This document shows positions 1 through 13,035 of a stretch of DNA of 64,000 nucleotides, in pieces. Every line of letters starts with the position of its first letter. The stretch's first letter is position 1. This DNA comes from Mizuhopecten yessoensis (taxonomy: Eukaryota). The notes below the pieces were generated by a model that saw nothing but the letters and a program-made list of their open reading frames with translations, was not told the DNA's origin and did no database searches. The translations under genes were made by a program, and so were the position numbers. Location of the stretch: positions 827,860 to 891,859 of the forward strand of contig NW_018480075.1 in assembly GCF_002113885.1 (NCBI RefSeq), given 5' to 3'.

Positions 1-1762
1 AAAAATGGTTTGTCGGTCTTAGTAAACATATAATTAACCTGTTTTAAAAAGGTTAAATCCTACTGACTCGAAATATTAAATTACACATATCGGGAGCGAC
101 AAGGTGATATTTTGCTTTAAAACGAATTTGAACGTATATGATAAAACAAAATGGATTAACAGCCTCGCCAGAACATCAAAATTTTATTTCAAACTTCAAT
201 TATTTTTGTCATAAGTTCGTTTCCAGTTCAAAGAGACAAATGTATCAATTATATATGTACACCATCTTTGATAATTACACTTACAATATAAATGAGTGCC
301 TTTCCGCAATAAACAACGGCGATTTTCGTGAACTGAAATATATGACGACAAAATGGATGACGAGATTTGCATCATGATCACATTGATTGTATGACCTTGT
401 GTTGACGACTACTACCACATTATTTTATTGCGTAAAAATATGTTATGACTTTGTCTGCATAGAAACAAAATCTGGCTGTCTTTGTTTTACAGATTATTTT
501 GCCTTCTTTAAAAATCAAATGGTTGTCTTTTATAGACTCACTGGTATCTGTGACAATAGCGTGTTTGGGAGGGTTCAAAATTGGGCTCCCTGGATTAAAG
601 AACGAAAAGACATATATGTTTTATTCCATTTTACTTCTAATGTTGCTTTTTCGAGGCAAAAGGGACATGTTTTAACCGGAATGTTATAAAAGTCATAACA
701 GCCATTGACAATATCCGCCATATCTTGACTCGTTTTCGTTCTGTAGCAAAGCATGTCTGTTTTAACATGCAGCAGACCTGCCGTGTTGAGTTTTTCGTTT
801 CCTGATAATACAATCCATACTCAACGCCTACACGAAATTCACACAACACTCGCAAAACCTGGAATATTTCATGACAGAACAGTGAACTTGAAAACAAATT
901 TAATATAAAAATATCCCTTCAAAAAATTCCGGAACAATACACGTTACGGCGTAGGTGATATTCAAAATACTATATTTTAAACAGTGTTTCTTCTTTTTGT
1001 TAAAATTACTCAAGATAATCATCTTTTGGCATTCTAGTTTGTGTTGAAGGTATCGGCCACAAATTAAATTTGTAATACACAAGCTGTTGATGCTTTCATT
1101 TTGTGAGCCCCCATATACAAATCCTACCACCATTTGAAGCTTGGTCGTGAAGACGGAGACACCCCTGGTATCGTAAAAGCGCATTAAGTTTCTTTAAAAC
1201 TGTCTTAATCATGAGAAAGCATTAATATCCTTGATTCACAAGAACAGGCTGCATAAATGTCAATTACGGCGCAGACGTAGCGACAGCATTTATTAGGAGG
1301 AATTGGACCATTCTGCAGCTTTAGAACTTTAAAAGATATATCTTGGGCTCAGAGGAAGGAAATCAAATTTGAACTGGCACTAGGCCGATTTATTGAAGAA
1401 CGTGTCACGAAATTCCCCAATAATCTACTACAATGATGAGAATCGCAAGATTAAATTGTCGGCGAAATGTAGCATACACATTATTTTCTCATATATAAGA
1501 TTTAATTTGAATGTCATATTGCTTGTTTAATTTGAATGTCATATTGCTTATACAAAAAGAAATTGTTTAAAAACAGATGACATTTTCGCATATAAAAAAT
1601 CTATTTATTTTTAAAACCTTGTCCAGTTACACTTACTTATATGTAGACACGACAGTACATGCACAAAATGAATCATTCCCATCTCCCGAATAAGCCACGG
1701 TTTCAATTTGTTTTTGGAAGGAATACATCGGTATGCTGTGACCGGTGAATCAACAAATCAAC

Positions 1763-3858
1763 AAATTCAAATCTCAACGAAATTAGGTCAATAACAAGAA
1801 AAAATATGCCCATAAATTATTTTATGGAAATGTTCATGGTATTATTGAAGAGTGCTCGTCCTCTGATCCAAAAGCTTATTGGAGACTCATCAAAAGGTTA
1901 ATGCAACACAATCTATACCTACTCTTGTAGATCCTGTTTCTGACAATGTGGTTACTAGTGACGAAGACAAAGCTAATTTATTAAATGTGTCATCTACACG
2001 AGCTATATTACAAAAATAGAAATACTGCGGTTCCTCTTATCGAGCCAAAAACTGACAAGAGTCTTAGGTACATTAGAGTCAATAATAATGAAATGAGAGA
2101 TATTTTGCAGATATTGAAGCTTGGTAAGGCCTCGGATGAGGATGGAATCAGTCACCATATGCTAAGAAACACATCAGAAACAGTTTGTGTTCCCCTTGAA
2201 ATCATTTTTAATAAGTCTTTATCGTCTGGTGTTTACCCAATATCTTGGAAAACAGCCAAAGTTATGCCACTGTTTAAAAAAGGTGACAGGCATTCTCCCT
2301 CTAAATACAGGCCAATTTCTTTTTATCTACAGTTTGAAAAGTGTTTGAGAGGGTAATTTTCAAATACTTGCATACTTATTTTATTGAAAACTCACTTTTT
2401 TATAAGCACCAGTCTGGTTTTTGCCTTGTCATTCTACTGTATATCAGCTCATTGAAATGTATCATAACATCTGTATTGTTCTAGAAGAAGAAAAACATGC
2501 ATGTATGGTATTCTGAGATATTTCTAAGGTTTTTGATCGGGTTTGGCATAAGGGTTTGATGATTAAGTTAAAATCCTATGGAATTTCAGGGGAATTGTAT
2601 CATTGGTTGGAAAATTACCTATTTCAGAGGCACCAGAGAGTCTTTTTGATATTTCTATTCCGACTTAGGTTTCATTGAAGCAGGTGTTCCTCAGGGTTCG
2701 ATTCCTGTACCTCTTTTGTTTCTTATCTATATTCATGATATTGCTGATGTGTTTGAATCAACCTCTCGTCTTTTAGCAGACGATACTTCTTTGTTAAAAT
2801 CATCCTCTTCGTGACTAGAAATCCAAACGGTTATGAATAGAGATCTCGAGTCTCTTAATGCATGGTCCCAAACTTGGTTAGTAACATTCAATCCAGAAAA
2901 AAACTGCGGTAATGTTTGTTTCAAACTTGGTTGAAATTGATGAAGATTTACAATTAGAATTTAATGGCGATTTTTTATATTTTACTGATCATCATAAACA
3001 TTTAGGTGTAATTTTTAATTCAAGTGCAAAATGAGGGATCATATTTGTGCAATATATACTTCACTTATGAAAAAAGTCAACTTCTTACGTAGACTAAAAT
3101 ACTTATTAAATCGTGATAATCTTTGAAAGATTTATAAATCATTTATTTTACCAGTTTTAGAATATGCTTGTGAATTGTGGGATGGTTGTACTGGTCTTCC
3201 TTCATATGCCCGAATTGAAGACTTACTTTTTGAAACTGGTCTAGAAACTCAGAAAAACTCCAACTTTTGTATAAAATGAACAACAAATTAACTTCGGACT
3301 ATTAAAGTTATCTATTGCCATCTTCCGTTGCAGAAAATAACCGTTACACCCTTAGAAACAATGATGATTATAGAATTCGTCCTTTCAGGCTTTCTCTAAC
3401 AAATTCATCTTTTATACCTTCAAATCTTCGCGGTTGGAACTCATTGTACCTTTCAGTACGATCACTGACCTCATTACATTCTTTTAAAATCTCGTTAACT
3501 TCAAATGTACAATCTCCTCCACCAATCTACTTAGGTTTCGGTGAACGTAAATTGAACATTTTGCATACTAAACTTAGACATCAGTGTAGTCCACTCTAGT
3601 AAGATATTTTAGAGTAAATCTGGTTGATAGTCCAGTTTGTTATTGTGGCCAACCCTCTGAAAATGCCTTTCCCTTTTTTTGTGAGTGCTTACTTTTTAAC
3701 AATGACAGACACACCCTATCCCAAAATGTGAATGTCTTGCATGTTGATTTTAATTTAGAACTACTTTTGTTTGGTAACAGTCAACTTTCGGTAGAAAACA
3801 ACGTAAGTATCTTTAGACATGTGCATCTTTACATCAAATCCAGCAATTAGTTTTGATA
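1763..3858 (+). pseudogene. LINE ORF2 reverse transcriptase pseudogene (many stops and frameshifts)
   Basis: RT motifs QGS and (F/L)ADD at about 2682-2790. ORF-track fragments 1985-2356 and 3315-3599 are pieces of it. Confidence 0.9.
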
Positions 3859-3878
3859 GTTATAATTACTTTTCTATT

Positions 3879-5767
3879 TTTAGGTCACCTGAGCTTTAGC
3901 TCAAGTGACCTATTGCTATCCGTCTTCGTCCGTCGTCCGTCGTGCATCGTGCGTCGTCCGTTAACATTTTACATTTCCAACTTAAGCTGAAATACTGGCA
4001 AAGGGATTTCATTAATATTTCATGGGAAGGTTACTGACATCTCCCTGAACAGTGTTGTTAATTTTCGGGTCGATCAGAAATCCAATATGGCCGCCACGGC
4101 CTCCATTTTGAAAACTATTTCAAACTTAAAGTCAAGTTCTGCTAGGCCGATTGAACTGAAACTTTGTAGGAATGATCGACTCATGGTCCTGACAAAGTGT
4201 TGTTATTTTTCGGGTCGATCAGAAATCCAATATGGCCGCCACGGCCGCCATTTTGAAAACCTATTTCAAACTTAAAGTCAAGTTCTGCTGGACCGATTGA
4301 ACTGAAAGTTGGTAGGAATGATCGCCTCATGGTCCTGACAAAGTGTTGTTATTTTTCGGGTCGATCAGAAATCCAATATGGCCGCCACGGCCGCCATTTT
4401 GAAAACCTATTTCAAACTTAAAGTCAAGTTCTGCTGGACCGATTGAACTGAAAGTTGGTAGGAATGATCGCCTCATGGTCCTGACAAAGTGTTGTTATTT
4501 TTCGGGTCGATCAGAAATCCAATATGGCCGCCACGGCCGCCATTTTGAAAACCTATTTCAAACTTAAAGTCAAGTTCTGCTGGGCCGATTGAACTGAAAG
4601 TTGGTAGGAATGATCGCCTCATGGTCCTGACAAAGTGTTGTTATTTTTCGGGTCGATCAGAAATCCAATATGGCCGCCACGGCCGCCATTTTGAAAAACT
4701 ATTTCAAACTTAAAGTCAAGTTCTGCTGGGCCGATTGAACTGAAAGTTTGTAGGAATGATCGACTCATGGTCCTGACAAAGTGTTGTTATTTTTCGGGTC
4801 AATCAGAAATCCAATATGGCCGCCACGGCCGCCATTTTGAAAAACTATTTCAAACTTAAAGTCAAGTTCTGCTAGGCCGATTGAACTGAAACTTTGTAGG
4901 AATGATTGACTCATGGTCCTGACAAAGTGTTGTTATATTTCGGGTCGATCAGAACAATATGGTCGCCACGGCCGCCATTTTGAAAAACTATTTCAAACTA
5001 TAAGTCAAGTTCTGCTAGGCCGTTTGAACTGAAACTTTCTAGGAATGATCGACTCATGGTCCTGACAAAGTGTTGTTATTTTTCGGGTCGATCAGAAATC
5101 CAATGTGGCCGTCACGGCCGCCATTTTGAAAAACTATTTCAAACTTAAAGTCAAGTTCTGCTAGGCCGATTGAACTGAAACTTTGTAGGAATGATCGACC
5201 CATGGTCCTGACAAAGTGTTGTTATTTTGCGGGTCTATCAGAAATTCAATATGGCTGATACGGCCGCCATTTTGAAAAACTATTTCAAACTTAAAGTCAA
5301 GTTCTGCTAGGCCGATTGAACTGAAACTTTGTAGGAATGATCGACCCATGGTCCTGACAAAGTGTTGTTATTTTGCGGGTCTATCAGAAATTCAATATGG
5401 CTGATACGGCCGCCATTTGGAAAACTATTTCTAACTTAAAGTCAAGTTCTGCTAGGCCGATTGAACTGAAACTTTATAGGAATGATCGACTCATGGTCCT
5501 GACAAGGTTTTGTTAAATTTCGGGTCGATCAGAAATAAAATTTGGCTGACATGGCCGCTATTTTGAAAATACCTATTTCAAACTTTAAAACAAGTTCTAA
5601 TAGGCTGTCTAACTGAAAATCGATCTAGGAAAGATCAGCTCATGGTCCTGACAAACTTTAGTTAACGTTACACTAAACAATTTTTTACTCAAATTGGTAC
5701 ATATTTCAACAACAAAAATAAATACTGTAGGACTCAGGTGACCGTTAAGGCCCATGGGCCTCTTGTT
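3879..5767 (+). mobile_element. Non-autonomous Helentron/HINE (DINE-1/pearl-like) carrying a satellite array
   Basis: 5' subTIR ggtcacctgag (3883-3893) with nearby inverted copy ctcaagtgacc (3900-3910), (cgt/gtcc)n microsatellite, central tandem array, 3' subTIR ctcaggtgacc (5733-5743) and terminal palindrome aggcccatgggcct (5748-5761). Inserted in a T-rich site. Confidence 0.88.
4050..5660. repeat. Tandem satellite, ~146-bp monomer, ~11 copies, inside the HINE
   Basis: gatcagaaatccaatatggccgccacggccgccattttg recurs at 4072, 4217, 4363, 4509, 4655 and onward. Confidence 0.95.
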
Positions 5768-6261
5768 ATTTATGTGGAAGTTGTTATACGTGTTTAAGAA
5801 ATTGTGTTGCATTATTTTGCCTGATTTCTTTGTTACATTGATTCCATTCATTTTTAAATTACCCTACCAGGATGCATGTCATGAAATTTGTATAATTTAT
5901 AATTTATTCAAATGCGGATCGATTTCTCAGTTTACACGTTTATTTTCTAGGTAACACCCCTCCCCTCCATCACCCCGACCCCCTCCCACCCCACCTTTCC
6001 TTCTCCACCCTATCTTTTCCCCTTTCCCCAAAAATTGTATTGAAGATAGGACTCTATTAAGTTGTCATAACTTGTTGTCCGATCCATTTGTATATTTGTA
6101 CAATAACATATGTTTTAACTAAACTAGTATTAGATCCGAAATAGTTTCAAAGCAATTAAGGATTTATTTATAATTACATGTATGAGAAGTATAATTTCAA
6201 GATGGAATTTAGAAGAAAAAAACGTATAAAATAAACTCGAAAATATGAAGCATTTCAACAT

Positions 6262-6450
6262 TTCTCTGTTCATTGGACTTTGGAAACGGTCGTTTTAGAC
6301 AGATGGTCAGAATGTAAAGGTTGGATACAATGCTATTATCATATAATCGCGTTGAGCAGTTTGTTGCTACACAAAGTCATTATGTAGTAAATACGGCTTG
6401 GACGATTTTAAACGTTTCGTTATAGACAGATAGTCGCTAAGACAGGTGAT
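6262..6450. mobile_element. Decayed Tc1/mariner-type MITE fragment
   Basis: Repeated ggtcgttttagacagatggtc / cgttatagacagatagtcgctaagacaggt motif typical of subterminal repeats of such MITEs; termini not intact. Confidence 0.4.
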
Positions 6451-7953
6451 TTGAAGAACAAATATGCCAGCTACATGTACGGCCATTGTACGCCGTTGGG
6501 GGGGGGGGTGCAACTGTGCAACTGTGCAACTGTGCAACTATTGTGATCTGGGGGTTATAATTCGCAAAGTAGGCTCACTACATGTCGTCTCACTCTGTTC
6601 GTGTGTGTTTTGGGACGGGGGGGGGGGGTTCAAATATGCTTAAATGCGCGTTTCCTCTGACACATTTACGCCGTTCGTCCACTGTCTCGTACTTTTCGGT
6701 TGAGCTTGACCGATGATGTATTGCGCGTACGAGCGGATTTTACCGCAATCGATTAATGACAAGTATTGTGTAACAAGAACTTCTGACTTTAAAACTACAT
6801 ACCCGCAGTCTTTTTTGTAAATTGAATTATTGATTCTGTTAAAGAAGGGTCCCGCAGATTCTCAGCAGATTAACTGCTATTTCACGCCAATAGTGTGCAT
6901 ATGCTTGTACAAGTCATAAGGGATTCGTTCCACGCCGACACGTTGAAACTGCCAGTAGCTATTATCTCTCCTACTGTGAATCAATCATGACTTCTTCTCA
7001 GAATTGATGAGTTGAATATCACCAGATTTGGATAGATGTGTCATGTTGGCCAATACATTATATGTAGTCCGGGTTTTATATAGGATATAATTCAATATAC
7101 ACAGTGTGTTTCGGTAGTTATCAATAATGATACGAAAGTATATATGTATTTAAAATCATCAAATTCCTGTTTTAGCCGAATAAAGTACTTGCTCAATTTG
7201 TATATAAAGATCCTTGGCACTGAATCAGATTTTGGTATTCGTTCTGGTGGTAGTGGTTTGGGGTTTGGGAGTGGGAGACGCATCGTGATGTAATTTCTTT
7301 TGTTCGAGTCTCATCAGTTATTTTTCTTGTTTTCTTAACAATTGTGTTTTTCGTTCGTCCTTGTGTGCTGGCGAAGTAATATTTTATAGTTTAACTTTCC
7401 AACAGCGATATACAACTGAGGGTTGAAGAGACTGAACGTGACGTCACGATGTCCTAACGTCACATAGTTAACTATCTGCAAAGTAATTTCTCACAAGGCG
7501 AGGATTAGAGATCTTAACAAAGTTCATCTACACACTAAACACACCAACAACAGAAGGAATAAGACGGACGAGTCTACTTACGTACAGGACGGGTGTGCTA
7601 ACGTAATCTGCAGTGATGTCTCCGGTGCTGAAGGGTCAGATAAATAAAAGACCATTTGATTGACCGGATATTTAATAGGATTATGCACTTAAATAGGTAA
7701 TCAATTGCGGACTTAATTATTTTAGACGTGAATGTTTACGCTGACTAACATCCATTTACACCCGGAGCATGCAAAGAATTGGAGAGAAATATAAGCCTCT
7801 GCGTTCAAACGCAAATTAGTCACATTCAAAAACGTTGTCTTTGTGCTCTTAAGTAATGTTCAGGCTTTCCTTTCGTAAATTTGCGTTTGAAGATAACATT
7901 CGAATGTTCCATCACGGGCTCCATAAATATCGTTAGACCACGCCGCTGGACTA

Positions 7954-8576
7954 CCGTCACTGTACCCAAATCGGGACAGCACCCAAAACGGGACACTTGT
8001 GTGAAAACGGCCCAATAAACTGTCATTCAATGCAAAGAAGTGCTTTTATGTATACAGTTTTCATTTGATAATACTTTTCATGAGACTTAAACTGTATTAA
8101 GCTTTATTGACTGCGGATTATCCTTACATGGACAATTCAAATGTAAGAACAATTACCCAAACAATACTTTCCTGATTTACGTGCCTGCACGTGCGACGCT
8201 ATTTATTTGGATATCATTTTCAAAAGTCTATTTTATCACAACTAATGCTAGTTTGGAGAAAAATTTAATCAGAACCCTCGTTTACTCTAAAATATTTCAA
8301 CTATGCATATTTTCTGCCGATATTGATCGTTTAGTCCCAAATACCGGAAGTGTCCCTTTCAGGGTACAGTAATGCCGGTTCAAGGACCTACGTAACTCTG
8401 ATGGTATTTCGCATTCTTTTTATAGAACCACGCGCCCTAAATATCTAATTGTGATAGAAATGAAAAGTGGATAGTATCTTGTTATGAAAAATGAAGAAAA
8501 AAATTGGAACTGATAGTATGGTATAAAGAACAATGATATTTATCTCAATAGTGTCCAGATTTGGGTACAGTGACGT
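7954..8576. mobile_element. MITE with ~25-bp TIRs and TA target duplication (Tc1/mariner/pogo-type)
   Basis: Left ta|ccgtcactgtacccaaatcgggaca; right tgtccagatttgggtacagtgacgt|ta (2 mismatches); no internal ORF. Confidence 0.85.
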
Positions 8577-8619
8577 TAATGATCGTCTATACGCTAAAAC
8601 ATCGATCACTGTTGAGGCA

Positions 8620-9290
8620 GTGCGATAATTTCGAACAAGGACATTTCATATTTACATTCTTCCTGCTTTAAGAGAGACAATAGCAGCTTTCATGCGTCAA
8701 GGACGAGAAACGTCAATAATGATGTACATTGTTGTTCCCGCCCAAAGGCGTACCAAAAGTCATCTTGACTTCGTACGTGATAATATTGGAACACGCCACG
8801 TCGTCCCTTATTTCTGCAGCCTCTAAACTATAATCTCCCAAGAATTGGTGAATGTAGACACGAGCCGATTGCCTGTCTATCTCCTCGAAACGTCATTTCT
8901 CACTCATCTTGCGGTCTCTAGTCTTGTGGCCAAGTTGGACGGCGTGTAGTAGCCTTCCCCTAGAACCCCGGGAGGCGCGACCAATTTAAGTGGACTCTCA
9001 GAAAATTGCTCCAGATTCAACAGCCGCACTTCTACTTCCGGTATTCCCCTCTCCGTTAACGCCTCATCAAAAACTTCGCGAGACTCTCGTTCACGCACGA
9101 TAGTATAGCACACACTATATAACACGGTCCGTGCCCTGACGCCATTAACTTGGCAGCGGTCGCCCCCTGTCCGTCACTTTCTGATTTAATCTTCCATTAT
9201 ACATCAGCATCGATTGTGTCCCAAGCGTAGTTGTAGCCTCTGCCATAGTTACTGTGGCGTGTTGTCGGCTTAATGAACAAACATCTTCTC
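8620..9290 (-). pseudogene. Decayed coding-like segment of unknown origin
   Basis: GC- and CpG-elevated stretch with protein-like minus-strand fragments (GRGYNYAWDTIDADV; REVFDEALTERGIPEVEVRLLNLEQF; GRRGVFQYYHVRSQDDFWYAFGRE) broken by stops and frameshifts. Confidence 0.3.
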
Positions 9291-9802
9291 TGTAATTGTA
9301 CGTAGACGCTCAATCAATTCTGATTACAAGTACATCCAAGTCTAATGCTACGATTTGTATCTTTTCCTCAAGTTCTACTTTACTGCTTTTTTTAATTAAC
9401 CTTTATTCAAGCGCATGCGCACTTTTCCTTCCTTGTTTTTATTTCGATTTGTGTGTATTTAGAACACCATTTGGTAGTTGTTGCTGTTTACGGAACCAGT
9501 AACTTTTGACGTCGGTATGTCTGGTGTAGATCCTTCAGACAACCTGAACATTTTTACAACAAAGACGCGGTTAAGCACCACCAGATTTGTATAGTTTTTT
9601 TGCGGTAATTACTTGGTAACATCGTTGACACATCTTCATTGGCAATATCATATCATCATTGCTGGTGGAACCTAACATGTAACATCATAGATACAGATAA
9701 ACGACACCGATGTTTTATGATTCATTATTGGTGGTACTTAACTTGTAACTTGCAATTATATAAAAACAATAAAATAATCTTAATATTAAAACTATTATAC
9801 AC

Positions 9803-10235
9803 TTTATTATACCCCCCGCAAAGAAGTTAGGGAGGGGGATATTGGAATCAGCCTGTCCGTCCGCCTGACCGTCCTTAGAAAACGTTTGTCTGAACAACTC
9901 CTTCTAAAGTAGTGGACCAATTTCAACGAAAGTTTCCAGATATGATAACTGACTCCTGCAGTTATGCATCCAGGCATTATGTTGTCATTCTGACCCTTTT
10001 TAGGAGTAATGGTCCTTTGTTGAAAAATCCTTGTACAGACAACTCCTCCAAAACTATGGGGCCAATTTCAACGGAAGTTTACAGATATGGTAGCTGCCCC
10101 CTGACATTGTGCATCCAAGTAGTATATTTTCATTCCGACCCTTTAAAACAGAGTTATGGCCCATTGTTAAAAAAAACTGTGTCTGACTCATAAACTACTT
10201 GGCTGATTTCAATGAATGTTTACAGATATGGTAAT
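9803..10235 (+). mobile_element. Truncated HINE/DINE-like element with ~3 diverged ~143-bp monomers
   Basis: Starts ttattataccccccgcaaagaagttagggagggggatattg, then a gtccgtccg microsatellite; ccaatttcaacg..agttt.cagatatg recurs with cagatatg at 9937, 10082 and 10223. Confidence 0.7.
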
Positions 10236-10357
10236 TAATTAGGTGTAGACCTAAGTAGGAATTTGCAAACTGGTTGACACAGAGTCGACATCCTTCAGAC
10301 AACCTGAACATTTTTACAACAAAGACGCGGTTAATCACCACCATTTTTTGGGGGGGG

Positions 10358-10424
10358 NNNNNNNNNNNNNNNNNNNNNNNNNNNNNNNNNNNNNNNNNNN
10401 NNNNNNNNNNNNNNNNNNNNNNNN
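10358..10424. other. Assembly gap (N run) flanked by G homopolymers
   Basis: N run in sequence. Confidence 1.
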
Positions 10425-13035
10425 GGGGGGGGAGGTTTGCGTTAATTGCTTGGTAACATCGTTGACACATCTACATTGGCAATATCATATCATCAGTGTT
10501 GGTGGAACTTATCATGTAACATCATAGATACAGATAAACGACACCGATGTTTTATGATTCATTATTGGTGGTACTTAACTTGTAACAATTTGAAAAAAGT
10601 TGTTTCTAGTTAACTTTTATTTAAATTGATACCCTTCCACAGTTAAGCGCCACCATTTAAATTTCATTAATTGTTGGTGGCACTTAGCTTGTACCTGTGA
10701 CGTGGCGATGCCCATGTCACCACAATAGAACCACGTGTCACCAGGACAAACTATATTTAGGAGGTCTTCTACAGATAGAAACATATGGAATAACATCTAC
10801 GTCGTTGTTTTAAACTTGCTGTTGTTACCTATATCATGAGTAATTTATCATTTTGGAGACTCCAAGCCAGGGATTTTCTGTGTAAATGTACACATCTTTG
10901 AAAAGAACAACTTAAACATATATTTGACAGAATGTACGTCCGTTTCGTATTAAAATGTGAAGAAAAAGTAAGTGAAAGTCCCATGAATCTAAAGGTATAG
11001 ACTAGTAATACTTAGAGCTACATTTTTAGTTCGTTTTTTTTTCAGCGTTTGTTTCAGTAAGCAAAACGTCTGTTATTTGTGAACGTTTGTTGTCAGAATG
11101 TAAAGTGTGCGGATTGATTAAGCTGTGCTGTTCTCAATGATTAGTGATATCGCTCTTAATACATCTCATAAATCAATCAGGACGACCTCACGCCAAACTA
11201 TCTTTATATTAACTGATAAAGATGATCTACCCTTGTATTTTATCGATTTGGTATTTTATCGATGTTCTCATCTTTTATAACGAGCGTACGTGGAGTTGTA
11301 TATATTTCCTTGTGTATTTAAAAATGGATTTGCGCCTTTTATGCGTCTAGATTTTATTAATGATTGTTTTCGTGGTGGTTGTATCGAATGTGTTTCTACT
11401 TCTACTCAACAACCTATCCAAGTTCCATGTCAATATCTTCTTCCGTCACTGGAAGGATTGACGTGTTCTTTGTAAAAAAAAAAACGACATTTAGACAATA
11501 TCTTCCATTTTTTTCGGAAGTGGCTGATGCATTGCAATATTGCCCTTACATGTTTCTAAAATTCAGCGATTGATTTCGACAACAATGCCACAGGGGCTAT
11601 TTTTACCTTATTCTTTCTGTTGTGTCGATGGTTAAAGGGTGAATTTATTGAAAACCTTGAAATCAACGTCAAAATACAACGTACATATCCATGTAGAACC
11701 CAAATTCTTGTTACTTCAATCTACCTGGTATTTAGTGATTAACTAAATGATCACCTTTTGAATGGAAGTCATCGATTTATTTCAAATGAGGAATGATATG
11801 CTGTAGCGAAAATCCCAATCGATGTGACTGATTAATCGCAAAAGATTATTTCCCAGGACTCCTTTAGTTGGCCTCTTTCGTGACTCTCGCGCTGTGTAAT
11901 TACTATCTTGCGAGACGTTTTAGACGTTTCCGGTGTTTTGGAGTTGTAATGCTTGTTTATACATACCGGGAACCCTTTGATCCACGCGAAGTTGCGTCGT
12001 TTTAACCCTATTGGTATTCAGTGCACTAGATGTAGATTTCCGCTTTTGGTGTTAGCTCGCGGTGCTGGCGTTGTTTTTGTACACTTGAATAATCTGACAT
12101 ATTTCGCTTGAACAATCATGGAAAATCGGAACGTAAATTATGCTAGTAAACTTATAGATTTTTTCACTCAAAGACCGCATAGATATGCAAACATTGTTTT
12201 ATGAATATATGTATTCTTGTTTTGCATTTTTCGATTTTCAATTTTTCCATCAAGCCAACAAATTTGTCCTAATTTATAGGTTCTCGATGAATATAAATAG
12301 AAATACATCTTAACTTTCTTTAATATTTAAAATATCCAAACAAAGGGAAAGGAAACAAAAAACCTGAAGAGACAACGAAACGAAATGACAGACATTGTTA
12401 AAATCCACAAAAAAAGTTATAGGACGTGTGTGTTAAGGGACATTTATACAAACAGACGTTATTGGGTGATTAGAACAAAAACAAAACAAATCAATCATCG
12501 GGTATTTTTATATAATTCTAAATACAATCACTATATATTGCGTTATCGACACGTGTTTCATAACAACCGGAAGTTGCAGCAGTTTCTGCAAGGCTTTCAT
12601 TAGCGTGTCAATAACAACAACGTCATTTTGATGTCCAAACGGCCGACAGCAGCGTTGGTATATAGTACAAAGAATTTCAAACGGTGAAATTCACATGCAA
12701 TTTTATGTTCACAGTGTGTAAAGGTAACTTGTACATACATTAGTGTTAGTTATAAAGAATGAACTAGATATAACACCGGTAAATAATATCTTACGTTAAT
12801 TTTGATTTATTAGAACGCTTAATTTTAAAGTATTCCATTTAATTTGTTAATAATATGTGCAGAAAATTACATCACTATTTTTTTCTTTTTCTTAAACGTA
12901 AAGTAGCATGTCTTGCGTTCAACGATTGACTTTTGATGTAGATATTTATCATAAAAAAAATCACGTTCTGGGTTGTAGACTAGTCAATCATATAACGGTG
13001 CATGCGTTCTGTTAAATTAAATGTGCGTTATGTGT

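Larger units (their letters stand above)
1763..6125 (+). mobile_element. 5'-truncated, decayed CR1-clade LINE (ORF2 remnant plus 3' UTR), interrupted by a HINE at 3879-5767
   Basis: Manual translation across frameshifts gives DPKAYWRLIK, ASDEDGISHHML, WKTAKVMPLFKKGDRHSPSKYRPIS, DISKVFDRVWHKGL, GVPQGS..PLLFLIYIHDI, LADDTSL, HKHLGV and a C-terminal CxC..E..F.C knuckle. The UTR resumes after the HINE and ends near aataacatatgttttaactaaact. Confidence 0.9.
9530..10586. repeat. Direct duplication of ~220 bp (9530-9749 and 10290-10586) flanking a HINE fragment
   Basis: atccttcagacaacctgaacatttttacaacaaagacgcggttaa...ttggtggtacttaacttgtaac is present twice with several differences; the second copy spans the N gap. 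Confidence 0.85.

Noticed and set aside
138-1184. Short ORFs at window start
   Set aside because: No recognisable domains or codon-like composition; lengths expected by chance.
12362-12392. ctgaaga-gacaac-gaaac as a hammerhead core
   Set aside because: No stem III/NUH site or stem I pairing; chance match.
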